Assembly (NCBI GenBank): GCA_965240325.2 | Contig: OZ251236.1 | Span: 1,426,001-1,490,000 of the forward strand | From: Rebecca billardiae RCC1528 | Taxonomy: Eukaryota; Protista; Haptophyta | Direction: 5' to 3' | DNA length: 64,000 nt | In this document: positions 1 to 11,874 of the stretch, piece by piece | Numbering within the stretch: the stretch's first letter is position 1 | Layout: each line of letters opens with the position of its first letter | The notes under the pieces: model-generated | Told to the model about the DNA's origin: nothing | What the model saw: only the letters and a program-made list of their open reading frames with translations | The model's database searches: none | Translations under genes and position numbers: made by a program

Positions 1-1322
1 AAGTCGTTAACCGTAATACTATCCATATTGACACTCAACCTCCGCTGGCGGAGCTCACGGACGTATTCAACTTGAACTGAGCTCCGCTGGCGGAGCCTCT
101 GCTTGTGGTTTGCTGCAATTGGGGCTGGGCAGCCTGGGCTCAGCATGGGGCAGCTGTTCACAGCCCAGGCGGGGCGTCACCGCCTGTGAGCCGTCGGTGG
201 GCAGGGCCGACGGCGTCGCAGAGCTCATGCGTGGGAGCAGCGCGTCGAGGAAGCGATCAAGGTCGAGAAGGAAGGGGCAAGCAGCAGGGGCTGCCTGTAC
301 GTTTGTACATGCCTCCACACCGGTGCACATCACCCTTGCTCACTGCAGTCGTGAACAGTGCTGCCACTCATCTCATCATCGCTCACCATGCAGTGACGGC
401 CGAGCTGCGGCGAACTCTCACAGGCACCGAACACGCATCGGCTGTGCCCGCTGGTGCTGGCATGCGCTGTCCTCTACTTGCTGTCGGACAGCAAGGAGAC
501 GGCACAGCCGCATCTGCGAGCGGGCGAGGTGATGCTGTCCAGTGTCCTCTGCTCAGCGAGGCTGAGAGGCTGAGCACGGATCACGGATAGTGAGCCCTGG
601 TATCTCAACGCATCCAGGAGAGCAGTTGGTGCATGCCTGTGCTCAGACGTGCAGGACCAACCATCCGGTGCTGATTCAAGCACCCGCGCCAACAGCGGCG
701 GCACTCAACTCCACGCTGCTGATGCGGCCGCACAGCTGCAGGGATGGTACCACGGCGGGCGACGGCGGGCGCTGCAGCTGGCAGCTCGGTGGTGCCTGCC
801 CGATGGGCCTGGGCGCCGGGCGCACCGAGCGCGATGACGCCTCTCGCATCGCCCAGCGCGCTGGAGCCGCTGTCATCCGACGCTGCTGTGCCCGCGCCCA
901 GCTTGGGCTGCAGCAGCTGCGCTCGACTCCGCGCCGAGTGCGGCGGCAGCAGCGGGGATGGTGCCACCGCGGGCTGCGGCAGGCGCTGCAGCTGGCAGCT
1001 CGGTGGTGCGCGCCCGAGGGGCCTGGGCGCTGGGCGCAGCGAGCGCGGTGACGTTGCTCGCCTCGCCCAGCGCGCTGGAGCCGCTGCCACCGGGCGCTGC
1101 TGTGCCCGCGTCGAGCGTGGGCTGCCGCAGCTGCGCTCGACTCCGCGCCGAGTGCGGTGGCAGCAGGGATGTTGCCACGTCGGGCGGCGGCTATCACTTT
1201 GGCTGGCAGCTCGGTGGTGCCTGCCCGAGGGGCCTGGGCGGTGGACGCACCGAGCGCGATGACGTTGCTCGCCTCGCCCAGCGCGCTGGAGCCGTTTGCC
1301 ATCCGGCGCTGCGGTGTCCGCG
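1..1322. repeat. Left arm of long inverted repeat (pairs with 2776-4097)
   Basis: 1-100 is the near-exact reverse complement of 3998-4097. Mirror ORFs (105..590 vs 3508..3993, 649..837 vs 3261..3449) have identical translations. Identity is traceable inward to about 1322/2776 with scattered mismatches. Confidence 0.92.
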
Positions 1323-1570
1323 CCCAGCCGGAGCAGCACGAGGTGCGCTCGACTCCGCACCCGTGCGGCGGCAGCAGCAGGGATTGTACCACGGCGAGCG
1401 GCGGCAGTCGCTGCAGCTGGTAGCTCGACGGTGCCTGCCCAAGGGGCCTGGGCGACGGACGCGCCGAGCGAGCTGACGCCCCTCGCTTCCCCTATCACGC
1501 TCGAGCCGCTGCCATTTGATGCTGCTGAACCGTTCGGGCAGCTGCGGACTGTGCGCTCGACTCCACGCCG
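741..1570 (-). repeat. Degenerate ~213-bp (71-codon) tandem repeat, about 4 copies; mirrored and further degenerate copies at ~2475-3360
   Basis: GGGATGGTACCAC-like anchor at ~741, ~955, ~1166 and ~1380. Translates to a recurring ..TTELPAAAPAAARGGTIPAAAAALGAESSAAAAA.. unit with stops and frameshifts. Confidence 0.75.
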
Positions 1571-2775
1571 CGTGCGGCCGCAGGCAGCAGCAGCAGCAGG
1601 CTGGTAATTAACAGCTGCTGCTCAGATCTCCGTGACTGCTCGGTTGCTGCGTATGAGCCAGGTGAGTGAGCCGCTGAGTCGCAGGGGCCGCGTGAATTGA
1701 CTTGCGACCGCACGCCGGTATATAGGCTTAAGACGGCGTACGTCCGAGTCCCGATCAGCAGCGCAGGAGTTTTGAGAACGCGGTGACGAGTCACACGCAG
1801 CTACTCTTCTTATGATGGCGCTATACTTTTTTCTGTACGTAGTAGTAGTAGGTTACGACTACGCTGCCGGCCTCGCCCTCAGCATTACATTGACGGCGTA
1901 TGGTAGCGCAGGTCCGCCTGATGACCGTTTTATTGCGCGTCTTCATGATGATGATGACGATATGACGATAACGACTCCTCCGACTCCTGAGTCACATAAG
2001 TGTGACACCGCCACTGGATGACACGGGCTACTTACGTACTCAGCTCAGATCATGCGCGCCTGCTACTCGTAGTCGGGCTCCGGTCAGCGGGGAGCGCGCG
2101 GCGCATCATCATCATCAGTCGCGCTATCTGATGCATATCCGCGGCGCAGTGATGTCGTAGTACTGATGATGCGTGCGCTGAGATCTGGGCCGCGGCACTT
2201 CGGCGCGCCTTGCTCGGCCTCACCGACGCCGGGCCGTACTTGTTCGCGCGCCCGGCGCCGGGCTAGCTCAAAGAGCTGACCGCAGCGGCCCCCGTGCCCC
2301 GGAAGGCCTGCGGCCCTCACAGGTCATTGGCAGGCAGCAGTGTCCGGGGCTGAGGCCTGCCGGGTTCTCCCCGATTCGAATTCACCAATGTGACCGATGG
2401 TACCGCCTGCTGCCGTCAGCCGGCGGAAGAAGTGTCACAACGGCTGCTGCTGGCCAGCATATCGGACGCGTGCATCGGCGTCACCGCATTGGGCGCGTCT
2501 GCCGCCCAGGCCCCTCGCGCGCACACAACCGAGCTGATCGCTGCATCCACCTCCGCCGCAGCCAGTGGCGCCTTCCCTGCTGCTGCAGCCACAATCGGCG
2601 CGGAGTCCAGCGCAGCTGCTGCTGCCTAGGCCGGTCACGCCCCTCGGGCGCGCACCACCGAGCTGCCAGCTGCATCGACCGCCACCACCCGCCGAGGCAT
2701 CATCCCTCCCACTGGCGCGGAGTCGAGCGCAGCTGCCAGCTGTGACAGCTAGCTGCCCCGGCGGGGCGCGGAGCC

Positions 2776-4097
2776 GCGGACACCGCAGCGCCGGATGGCA
2801 GCGGCTCCAGCGCGCTGGGCGAGGCGAGCAACGTCATCGCGCTCGGTGCGTCCACCGCCCAGGCCCCTCGGGCAGGCACCACCGAGCTGCCAGCCAAAGT
2901 GATAGCCGCCGCCCGCGTGGTACCATCCCTGCTGCTGCCGCCGCACTCGGCGAGGAGTTGAGTGCAGCTGCGGCAGCCCAAGCTGGGCGCGGGCAGCGCA
3001 GCGCGCGATGGCAGCGGCTCCAGCGCGCTGGGCGAGGCGAGCAGCGTCACCGCGCTCGCTGTGCCCAGCGCCCAGGCCCATCGGGCGCGCACCACCGAGC
3101 TGCCAGCCGCAGCGCCTGCCGCAGCCCGCGGTGGCACCATCCCCGCTGCTGCCGCCGCACTCGGCGCGGAGTCGAGCGCAGCTGCTGCAGCCCAAGCTGG
3201 GCGCGGGCACAGCAGCATCGGATGACAGCGGCTCCAGCGCGCTAGGCGATGCGAGAGGCGTCATCGCGCTCGGTGCGCCCGGCGCCCAGGCCCCTCGGGC
3301 AGGCACCACCGAGCTGCCAGCTGCAGCGCCCGCCGTCGCCCGCCGTGGTACCATCCCTGCAGCTGTGCGGCCGCATCAGCAGCGTGGAGTTGAGTGCCGC
3401 CGCTGTTGGCGCGGGTGCTTGAATCAGCACCGGATGGTTGGTCCTGCACGTCTGAGCACAGGCATGCACCAACTGCTCTCCTGGATGCGTTGAGATACCA
3501 GGGCTCACTATCCGTGATCCGTGCTCAGCCTCTCAGCCTCGCTGAGCAGAGGACACTGGACAGCATCACCTCGCCCGCTCGCAGATGCGGCTGTGCCGTC
3601 TCCTTGCTGTCCGACAGCAAGTAGAGGACAGCGCATACCAGCACCAGCGGGCACAGCCGATGCGTGTTCGGTGCCTGTGAGAGTTCGCCGCAGCTCGGCC
3701 GTCACTGCATGGTGAGCGATGATGAGATGAGTGGCAGCACTGTTCACGACTGCAGTGAGCAAGGGTGATGTGCACCGGTGTGGAGGCATGTACAAACGTA
3801 CAGGCAGCCCCTGCTGCTTGCCCCTTCCTTCTCGACCTTGATCGCTTCCTCGACGCGCTGCTCCCACGCATGAGCTCTGCGACGCCGTCGGCCCTGCCCA
3901 CCGACGGCTCACAGGCGGTGACGCCCCGCCTGGGCTGTGAACAGCTGCCCCATGCTGAGCCCAGGCTGCCCAGCCCCAATTGCAGCAAACCACAAGCAGA
4001 GGCTCCGCCAGCGGAGCTCAGTTCAAGTTGAATAGGCCCGTGAGCTCCGCCAGCGGAGGTTGAGTGTCAATATGGATAGTATTACGGTTAACGACTT
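2776..4097. repeat. Right arm of long inverted repeat (pairs with 1-1322)
   Basis: Reverse complement of 1-1322; paired positions sum to 4098. Confidence 0.92.
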
Positions 4098-5619
4098 CGC
4101 ATTACTCCAATATGACATTCGGCGCCACCAAAGCTCCGCCAGCGGAGCTCAGCTCAAGTCAAGTCGTGGGCCATCGATAAGGACATTCGGCGCAGCCGAG
4201 GCTCCGCCAGCGGAGCTCAGTTCAAGTTGAATAGGCCCGCGAGCTCCGCCAGCGGAGGTTGAGTGTCAATATGGATATGATTACGGTAGTTAACGGCTTT
4301 GCATTACTCCAATATGACATGCGGCGCCACCAAAGCTCCGCCAGCGGAGCTCAGCTCAAGTCAAGTGGGCCATCGATAAGGACATTCGGCGCAGCCGAGG
4401 CTCCGCCAGCGGAGCTCAGTTCAAGTTGAATAGGCCCGCGAGCTCCGCCAGCGGAGGTTGAGTGTCAATATGGATATGATTACGGTAGTTAATGGCTTTG
4501 CATTACTCCAATATGACATGCGGCGCCACCAAAGCTCCGCCAGCGGAGCTCAGCTCAAGTCAAGACGTGGGCCATCGATAAGGACATTCGGCGGAGCCGA
4601 GGCTCCGCCAGCGGAGCTCAGTTCAAGTCGAATAGGCCAGTGAGCTCCGCCAGCGGAGGTTGAGTATCAATATGGATACGTATGATTACGGTTGACGGCT
4701 TCGCATTACTCCAATATGATATGCGGCGCCACCAAAGCTCCGCCAGTGGAGCTCAGCTCAAGTCGAATAGGTCCGTGAGCTCCGCCAGCGGAGGTTGAGT
4801 GTCAATATGGATATGATTATGGTTAACGGCTTCACATTATTCCCATAAATGGCATGCGGCGCCACCAAAGCTCCGCCAGCGGAGCTCAGCTCAAGTCAAG
4901 ACGTCGGCCATCGATAAGGACATTCGACACAGCCGAGGCTCCGCCAGCGGAGCTCAGTTAAAGTTGAATACTAGTAGGTCCGCGAGCTCCGCCAGCGGAG
5001 GTTGAGTCTCAATATAGATATGACTACGGTTGACGCTTCCGCGTTACTCCAATATGACATGCGGCGCCACCAAAGCTCCGCCAGGGGAGCTCAGCTCAAG
5101 TCGAGAGTGGGTCATCGATTAAGGACATTCGGCGCAGCCGAGGCTCCACCAGTGGAGCTCAGTTCAAGTCGAATAGGCCAGTGAGCTCCGCCAGCGGAGG
5201 TTGAATGTGTGGCACAGCAGAGTATGAATGCGTTGAAAGGCTTAGCATTATTTCTCCGATATGACACACGGCGCTGACCACCGACGCTCCGCCAGCGGAG
5301 CTCAGTTCAAGTCAGGTGGGTCATCAAGAATGGCATTCGGCGCCCCCGAAGCTCCGCCAGCGGAGCTCAGTTCAAGTGCCGAGTGTATTAGTTTACAAAA
5401 GGCATGGCTCATTAGCGAGCTCCGCCAGCGGAGGTGACTGCTGTTCGGTGGTTGACAGACTTCTGATACCATAACTAGTACGTTTGTTGTGTCATTCCTG
5501 CAAGCCCAGGCTCCGCCAGCGGAGCATTCCATGCTCCGCCAGCGGGGATTTTTCGTGGCCACAAAAATCTCCGCCGGCGGAGGGTCTGGGCCCCTTGCCC
5601 GGATGCTCCGCTGGCGGAG
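4003..5619. repeat. Subterminal higher-order repeat: ~200-bp units each carrying three CTCCGC-CA-GCGGAG hairpin motifs (26 motifs counted)
   Basis: Motif starts at 4003, 4045, 4134, 4202, 4244, 4336, 4401, 4443, 4535, 4603 ... 5569 and 5606 (last one inverted). Spacing cycles ~42/~90/~67 bp. Confidence 0.92.
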
Positions 5620-5641
5620 ACTTTTTGTAGTGACTCTTCTG

Positions 5642-5669
5642 CCCTCGCTCAGACCGGTCTGAGCGAGGG
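5642..5669. repeat. Perfect 28-bp palindrome
   Basis: CCCTCGCTCAGACC|GGTCTGAGCGAGGG. Confidence 0.9.
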
Positions 5670-6412
5670 GGCCGATTCAGACGGTCTGACTGGGCGCGCT
5701 CTTCGCGGGCCCACTCGTCCCGATGGGGCGTGGGGCCGCGCCTGGCCCTGTTCACAAGGTGTTTGTGTTCGGGGCAGGCGAAGGCTCTGTGCCACAACCG
5801 GGGTAGGTGGGCAGACAGGGGCTGGCGGCAGCCGAGAGGGGCCGCTTTCCCCCGCCCCCGCTGCTGCGAAGGCGGCGGGGGTGCGCTGCTTGCCTCCGCA
5901 GGCGAGCAGCGCGCAGTTTACGCCGGGCATGTGGACCTGCCCACCCTTCATCTTCCAGTTCTTCCCTTCGGCTGGGGCTCGATCAGTCGACGTGGCGTCG
6001 CTCACAGCGCAGGCAGGTGTTTGGCGCGGCTGCACTCTCGAGGTGGCTGGGATACAACATCCAGGTGCAGCACCCTCCCCGTGTGGTGTCAGAGCGCGCT
6101 CCCGAGCGCGTGCCTCCGAGCGCGGGGCGGCCGCTTGCTGCAATGGCCGCCTCGATGAGGTGCGGCAACGCGCCCCTCACCTGCCTGCGCCGGTCTGTTT
6201 TGTGGCGGTGTCTTTGTGCAGTGTTGGATGGCGTCAATCACGCCTTAACCAAGTGTGCACGTTAAAACATAGTAAACTGTAAGTTCCCCGCTCCAAATCC
6301 GGGAGATCCGGGGGCAATCTGCCAATCTCCAGATCGTCTGAGCGCATCCACGGCGCTGCCGCCAACCCGTCATTAACACGCCTCGGTGGTCGCTGCCCGC
6401 GCCGACGCAACA

Positions 6413-7429
6413 ATGGGCGGGGATGGCGGTGGCTCGACTGGGAAGCTCCTGACGCTTTTCGCGCTGTGGTACGTTGGGAACTACTACTACAACATCTACA
6501 ACAAGGTCGCGCTCAACGAGGGCGGTGGTAAGGACGGGCCCCACGCCTACACGATCGCAGCTGCTCAGCTCGCCGTGGGCTTCGTGTATGCGCTGCTGAC
6601 GTGGTTGTTCACGATGAACCCAATCACGATGTCGCGTCAGCTCATGCCGAAGCTCTCGGTCAAGGACTGTATCTCCGTCTCCGGCGTCGCCGTCTGGTCC
6701 GCCTTCGCCCACCTCGGCTCGGTGCTGTGCATGAATGCCGGCTCCGTCGCGTTCGGCCAGATCGTGAAGGCGGCTGAGCCCGTGTTCGCGGCTCTGGTGA
6801 ACACGGTCTTCTACGGCAAGCCACCGACCTTCGCAAAGACCCTGATGTTGCCCATCATCGTGCTCGGCGTCGCCATCGCGTGCCTCAAGCCCGACAAGGA
6901 TGGCAACTACAAGGTGGACTTCGAGATTGCGGCCGTGATTGCGGGCTCGTTTGCCAACGTCTCTGCGGCGTTCAGGGGCTCGGAGAATGCGCGGCTGATG
7001 GCGGCGCCCGGTCTCAAGGAGCGGATCGGCGGCGTGGGCAACCAGTTTGCGCTCTCGCAGGTCTTTGGCTTCATCGCGCTCATCCCGATCGCCATCTTCA
7101 TGGAGGGCGCGCACCTCGCCGACTTCTTCAAGCTGATGCAGTCAAACAAGAAGTTCGCCTACAACACCTTCATGTCGGGGCTCACTTTCTACGTGTACAA
7201 CGAGCTGTCGACGATGACGATCACGCACACGGGCGCCATCACCCAGTCCGTCGCGAACACCGCCAAGCGCGTCATCGTGATCGTCGGCGTCGCCATCGCG
7301 CTCGGCAAGCCGCTCACCTTTGAGGAGAAGGTCGGCTCGGCGGTCTCCATCTCGGGCGTCTTCCTCTACTCGGTCGCAGACTCGCTGATCGGCGGCTCCA
7401 AGAAAGCCGACGACAAGAAGAAGAAGTAA
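6413..7429 (+). CDS. TPT: Triose-phosphate/phosphate translocator family protein (338 aa, intronless, no N-terminal leader)
   Basis: Family motifs WYVGNYYYNIYNK, GSVAFGQIVKAAEPVF, FYVYNELS and TQSVANTAKRVIVI; many TM helices; ATG at 6413. Confidence 0.93.
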   Translation: MGGDGGGSTGKLLTLFALWYVGNYYYNIYNKVALNEGGGKDGPHAYTIAAAQLAVGFVYALLTWLFTMNPITMSRQLMPKLSVKDCISVSGVAVWSAFAHLGSVLCMNAGSVAFGQIVKAAEPVFAALVNTVFYGKPPTFAKTLMLPIIVLGVAIACLKPDKDGNYKVDFEIAAVIAGSFANVSAAFRGSENARLMAAPGLKERIGGVGNQFALSQVFGFIALIPIAIFMEGAHLADFFKLMQSNKKFAYNTFMSGLTFYVYNELSTMTITHTGAITQSVANTAKRVIVIVGVAIALGKPLTFEEKVGSAVSISGVFLYSVADSLIGGSKKADDKKKK

Positions 7430-8145
7430 TCACAGACCGCTTCCCCGCACGTGCATGCCCGAACGCAGTCCGCTGCCTGATCGCGCAGATGCGGTACGGC
7501 ACACCGAGCCGCTGCGCACGTGTCTCGGGGCCGTGGATCGTGTTCAGCATCCAGGATCCATCAGCCCGCATCAGGCGCAGCGCAGCACCAATAATGATAC
7601 CTCCCGTCCTTCGATCTCAGAATGATCGCGATCTCGTCGTCAGTCGTCCACTGACTGTCACGCGCGCGTCACGCACTATATATATATAGTAGAGACGGAG
7701 CAGTCTATTATCGAGCTGCGTCTGAGTATATATATATATAGCCGCGGCGCGCTAGAGTCCGTAATATCGATCACGGCCACGGGCTACCGCGGCGACTCGG
7801 CGGCGAGTATCCGCCGCGCCAGGTGCCCATCAGTAGTATAATGGCGACGACGCCGCCGATGTCGATGTCGATGCGGTCGTGCTGATGCGCCGGGGCGGAT
7901 GCCAGCATGATCGGGTGCAGCCCGCGCGCCCGTCCGAAGTCCCGAAGATCGAGAGACGAGACTGTAGTGATCGACTACAATATATAGCTATAATAAGCGC
8001 GATCATCGCGACATCAGCGCAGACGATACGACGAATATATATATATATAATGATCGACGAATAATAATCGTCGTGGACCGTGTGACCCGCGTTGGCAACA
8101 TGAGAGTGATGACTAGTGACAGCCATGCTGCTGGCACTATGAGTA

Positions 8146-11100
8146 TATATATATATATGATTAAACTTTCTTCAGGAATGCGCACCAGAAAAAGCCTTAA
8201 GAATCCGCTGGAGTTTCGCCGTCAAATCTCGAGCCGGCCCGCCACTGGCGGAAACGCCACGATGCGGGCCTTCTTCCTCGTCGACCGCACGTGCGCTCTC
8301 GCGATCGTGCGACGAGCTGCGGGCAGATCGACCCGCTCTTCCTGATCGGATGCCGATATCACTCTCAGGTACGCTCGCTCGCGAGCGCGCACCCGTCTCT
8401 TCGCCGCCCTCGACGAGCACGAGCCGATCTGCAGCAGATGTGCAAGGAGCCGCATTGGCCGTGCTCGCGCGCGCGCGGCACGGGCGACACAAAATTTGTT
8501 TGCCGTGACCTTTGCGCGCATTCCATTCTTTGATGGTGGTACCCTTGAGCCCCGGACTAGGTCACGGCAAACGCTTTCGCTCGTTGGCGCTGCGCGCGCG
8601 CGCACAGGAGCACTGCAAAGGCAGTGACAGGTTGCACAGGAAACTGTCCTTGGTGTTACATTTCTGAGAGACGGCGCCTCTGAAGGATGGCGCCCGCCCA
8701 CTCGCCGCTCGTGGGTGGCGCGCGCCTCGCGTGTCGATGCAGCCCCGCATCATGACTAGCTGAATGCGCGTGTCGTCAGGACTTGTCCGCGTGCGCTACA
8801 TCCCTTGAGCTAGCACAGCCGGGACCCCCTCGCCGTCGGCAGTGACTGTCATCATCCCATCACTGATCACACGTCGCGTGAGACGGCAAACAGCCACAGC
8901 AGCATCACCCTCTCGTCCAGGATCATCAGGCAGCTGGAGACAGTCCTCCCTTCGACGCGTCTCGGAGCGAGCGCACACGCCCAGCTCTATCTGCGTCACA
9001 CCGCCCGCGCCATCCGTCTCGAGCCCAACGCCCGTCACCACGCGCAGTATGGCAAACCGTCATGATCGGACCGAGCTCGTCGCCCGAGTGCAGCCTTCGC
9101 CCGCAATGCCGCGCGCGAGCATTCGAGTTCGACAATAAGTCGTCAGCGACTTGTGGGCCGGCGGGGAGATCCACGCGTGGCATAGATACCATGTAGGTCG
9201 TCAGCTCCTGCTCGGTGTACGCACGCGCTCTGCATCTGAACACTTGATAGAAGCTCTCGATCATCACCATCGAGCTGTCTACGTGAGCCTGTGCGACCGT
9301 CTGCGCAACACCTCGCGCCTCACCCTTGATGCTGAGCTCACGCGAGACAAAGAAGGCTATGTAGGGCTCAATGACATTCATACAGTGAGAGCGTCCTTGC
9401 CGCAGCGAGCGACAGCTTCCTTCGCCCGCTTCTTAGCACTCGCCCTGCTGTTCTTGGGCGTGAGTGAGGCGTGGTGCCTCGTCAGCCTGCTGAGCGGTTC
9501 TTGTCGATGCGTGTCACAGCGCGGAAGCAGGTGTGCGTTCGCGAGGCGTCGTGCGTGGATGCCGTTCTTCATGCTGACGACATAGATAGACTGCGTAGCG
9601 GCCGTCTCCTCATCCAAGAGCCTCGAGCATGCCACGACTCTGACACTTCAGCGCTCCGGCCGGCGCGCATGCACCATCAAGTGCAACCGAGCGGTTGAGA
9701 GGTAGCCGCCGCCAGCTTTTCGACCCTCACCAACACGCGCTGGATGAACATTGCAAGGTTGTCGCATACTATGAGTGTCGCGTGTCTCTTCCCGCGACTG
9801 TTGCTGCGCAACGTGATGTGCAAGACCAGTCGCGCGCGCGCTCCATCCAATACACGCACGGCTGATGAATGGACGTGGCCGAGCGCAAGCACGCACGCGC
9901 GAGTCGTAGGCTGCGAACGTCGTGTGCGGCCAGACTGCGACGTGCACGGCACGTATCCACCTTGCATTGCTACGTCTCTTCACACCGGGCCTGGGACTCT
10001 TCCAGGCTGAGACGGCCTGCTCTGCTGCCCTCTGTGACTCAGATGCCGCGCGAACGTGCCGCGCGGCTGCGCGATGTCGCGATTGGAGCTCAAGGGTGGT
10101 TGACTTTCGGTACATGCTACTCAAGCAGGAAGAGGCCGATCGAGGCGCGGAGTGGCGCGCTGCACCCGCAACAGCGGGCATCGTGCAGCGCGCGAGAGCG
10201 CGCGCCGCTTCCGGGCGCACGGCGACGGCGCCATGTACCGAAAGACGGGTGGACAGGTCGCGTCCACTGGGAATGTAACATCTGTCAGTCGCGGGCGGTC
10301 ATTTTTCCGTGCAACCTGTCCAGTGCACAGGCAGATGCAGTGAGCATTTCTGCTCGTGGGCGGCCTCCATGGCCTCGAGCGTGGTGACGAGCGCGCCGGT
10401 GACCACCGCGTGGTCCACCTTGGTGGCGCCGGACAGTCCGGCCGACCCTCGCCGGACTCCACCCTTGCTGCGCGCTGACTGTTTGCCGGTCGTGCAGCTG
10501 CGCCGCCAGCCGCTCGGCGCGAGCGGCGAGCGGCCACATGGTGACACAAGATGGTCGAAGGCGTGGCAGCGCGGTGGTGCGTGCGATCGGGGGACCCCAC
10601 CTGAGCTACGACACGGGCGCGCGCGCTCGTCCGTGCTCATCACGGTGGTGGACGCGCGCGTCACGCGCTCGTCGGCTGTCGCGCGCTGACCGTTGGGCTG
10701 CTTTTTGGTGTCTGCGGCGGCCACAGCTCGCCGGTACGGGCCCTATGGTGGCAGCGAGTGGTACGCGGCGTTGTACTAGGTCCGCGCGCGCCACGCACGA
10801 CGCTCGGCAGGCTCGCCCTCGGACCATTGGCTGAGCCCTACTCGCCGCGCGCGCCGCGCGCAGCAGCCGCTCGGCAGCTGCTCCGGGCGCGAAGCGCGCC
10901 CCGCGCGCTGCACGTGGGCGCGACGAGGTGGTGCGGCGAGCGTGCGCGAGTGTGTGCGCGTGATGGGCACCCCCATTGCGCGACTTGCCATGCACATCTG
11001 CCTCTCGCCAAGCCTTCGACACGATAGCTGCGACTGCTGCTCGGAGGTGCGCTTGCGGGCTCGCACACGTTTGAATCCGGGCTCGGCAGCGACCGCGCGG

Positions 11101-11874
11101 GCGAGGGACAGCGCGGTGCACGGTGGCGGAGCGCGCGCGGAGCGCAGCCTACACCTCACACGTGCTCCATCCAGACACATCGCGCATGCTCGCGCGACCT
11201 CCTCGGTCCATCACGCGCGCGTGCGCGCGCGAGCAGGTGTGCATTCGCCGGGCGCGTGCACGGCGCGCCGCGTTGGCGCGCGCACACCGATACCCGTGCG
11301 CAGCTCGACGAGCGAGCGCGGTGTGTTTTGATGCGTATGGGGAGTCTCGAATTTACGCGCGCGCACGCGCCGGCCCTCGCCGCCCCTTCGCTCGCCCACG
11401 CCTCATCTGCGCGCTCGGCGTTTGCAGGCAGCTGCTCATTCTTTCCGACACGTGCGCAAACGAGCAGATGGCGCTGGGCGAGGTCGATTGGTGCGTCAGA
11501 TATTCGGCAACGATCAGGCCCGCGCGTGTGCCGCCACTCGTGCTACTCTCGACGACCACCTCTGGCTCGGTCGCGCGCACGAGGCTGCTCGCGGCCGAAT
11601 CGTGCCGTGTACCGTAAAGCTGTACCGTGCGCGGCGAGGCGCACTCAGACGTCGGCGTGGGCTGGCATGCGATCGTCCAACGAACAGCGTCGACGAACGA
11701 GCATGTCGCGAGCATGGTTTGGCGCACTTCATGGCGCGCACGAGCCGCTCGAAGGCGCGCGAGGGCGCATAACCGCCGTCGTGGCCGCCGACCCCATCTT
11801 GGGCCGCGCGGATTCTTAAGGCTTTTTCTGGTGCGCATTCCTGAAGAAAGTTTAATCATATATATATATATATA
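8146..11874. mobile_element. 3.7-kb TIR element (50-bp TIRs plus terminal (TA)n tracts) with a degenerate, unidentified interior; superfamily uncertain (MULE-like TSD length)
   Basis: 8159-8208 GATTAAACTTTCTTCAGGAATGCGCACCAGAAAAAGCCTTAAGAATCCGC is the exact reverse complement of 11808-11857. Both are bordered by (TA)n, then by the direct repeat ACTATGAGTAT (8136-8146, 11874-11884). Confidence 0.82.

Larger units (their letters stand above)
1..5632. mobile_element. Right part of a non-autonomous CACTA (En/Spm)-type DNA transposon with palindromic (foldback) organisation; left end lies upstream of the window
   Basis: Ends in CTTTTTGTAGTG at 5621-5632 (reverse complement CACTACAAAAAG, a CACTA-type terminus), directly after a 1.6-kb subterminal repeat array. 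The interior is a long inverted repeat whose paired coordinates sum to 4098. No transposase ORF recognised. Confidence 0.8.

Noticed and set aside
67-4031. Many short ORFs in the palindrome as genes
   Set aside because: They are mirror-image, low-complexity, frame-broken products of GC-rich repeats.
4003-5619. CRISPR array
   Set aside because: Spacers recur in a three-step cycle with unequal lengths, there are no cas genes, the context is eukaryotic, and the array ends at a CACTA terminus.
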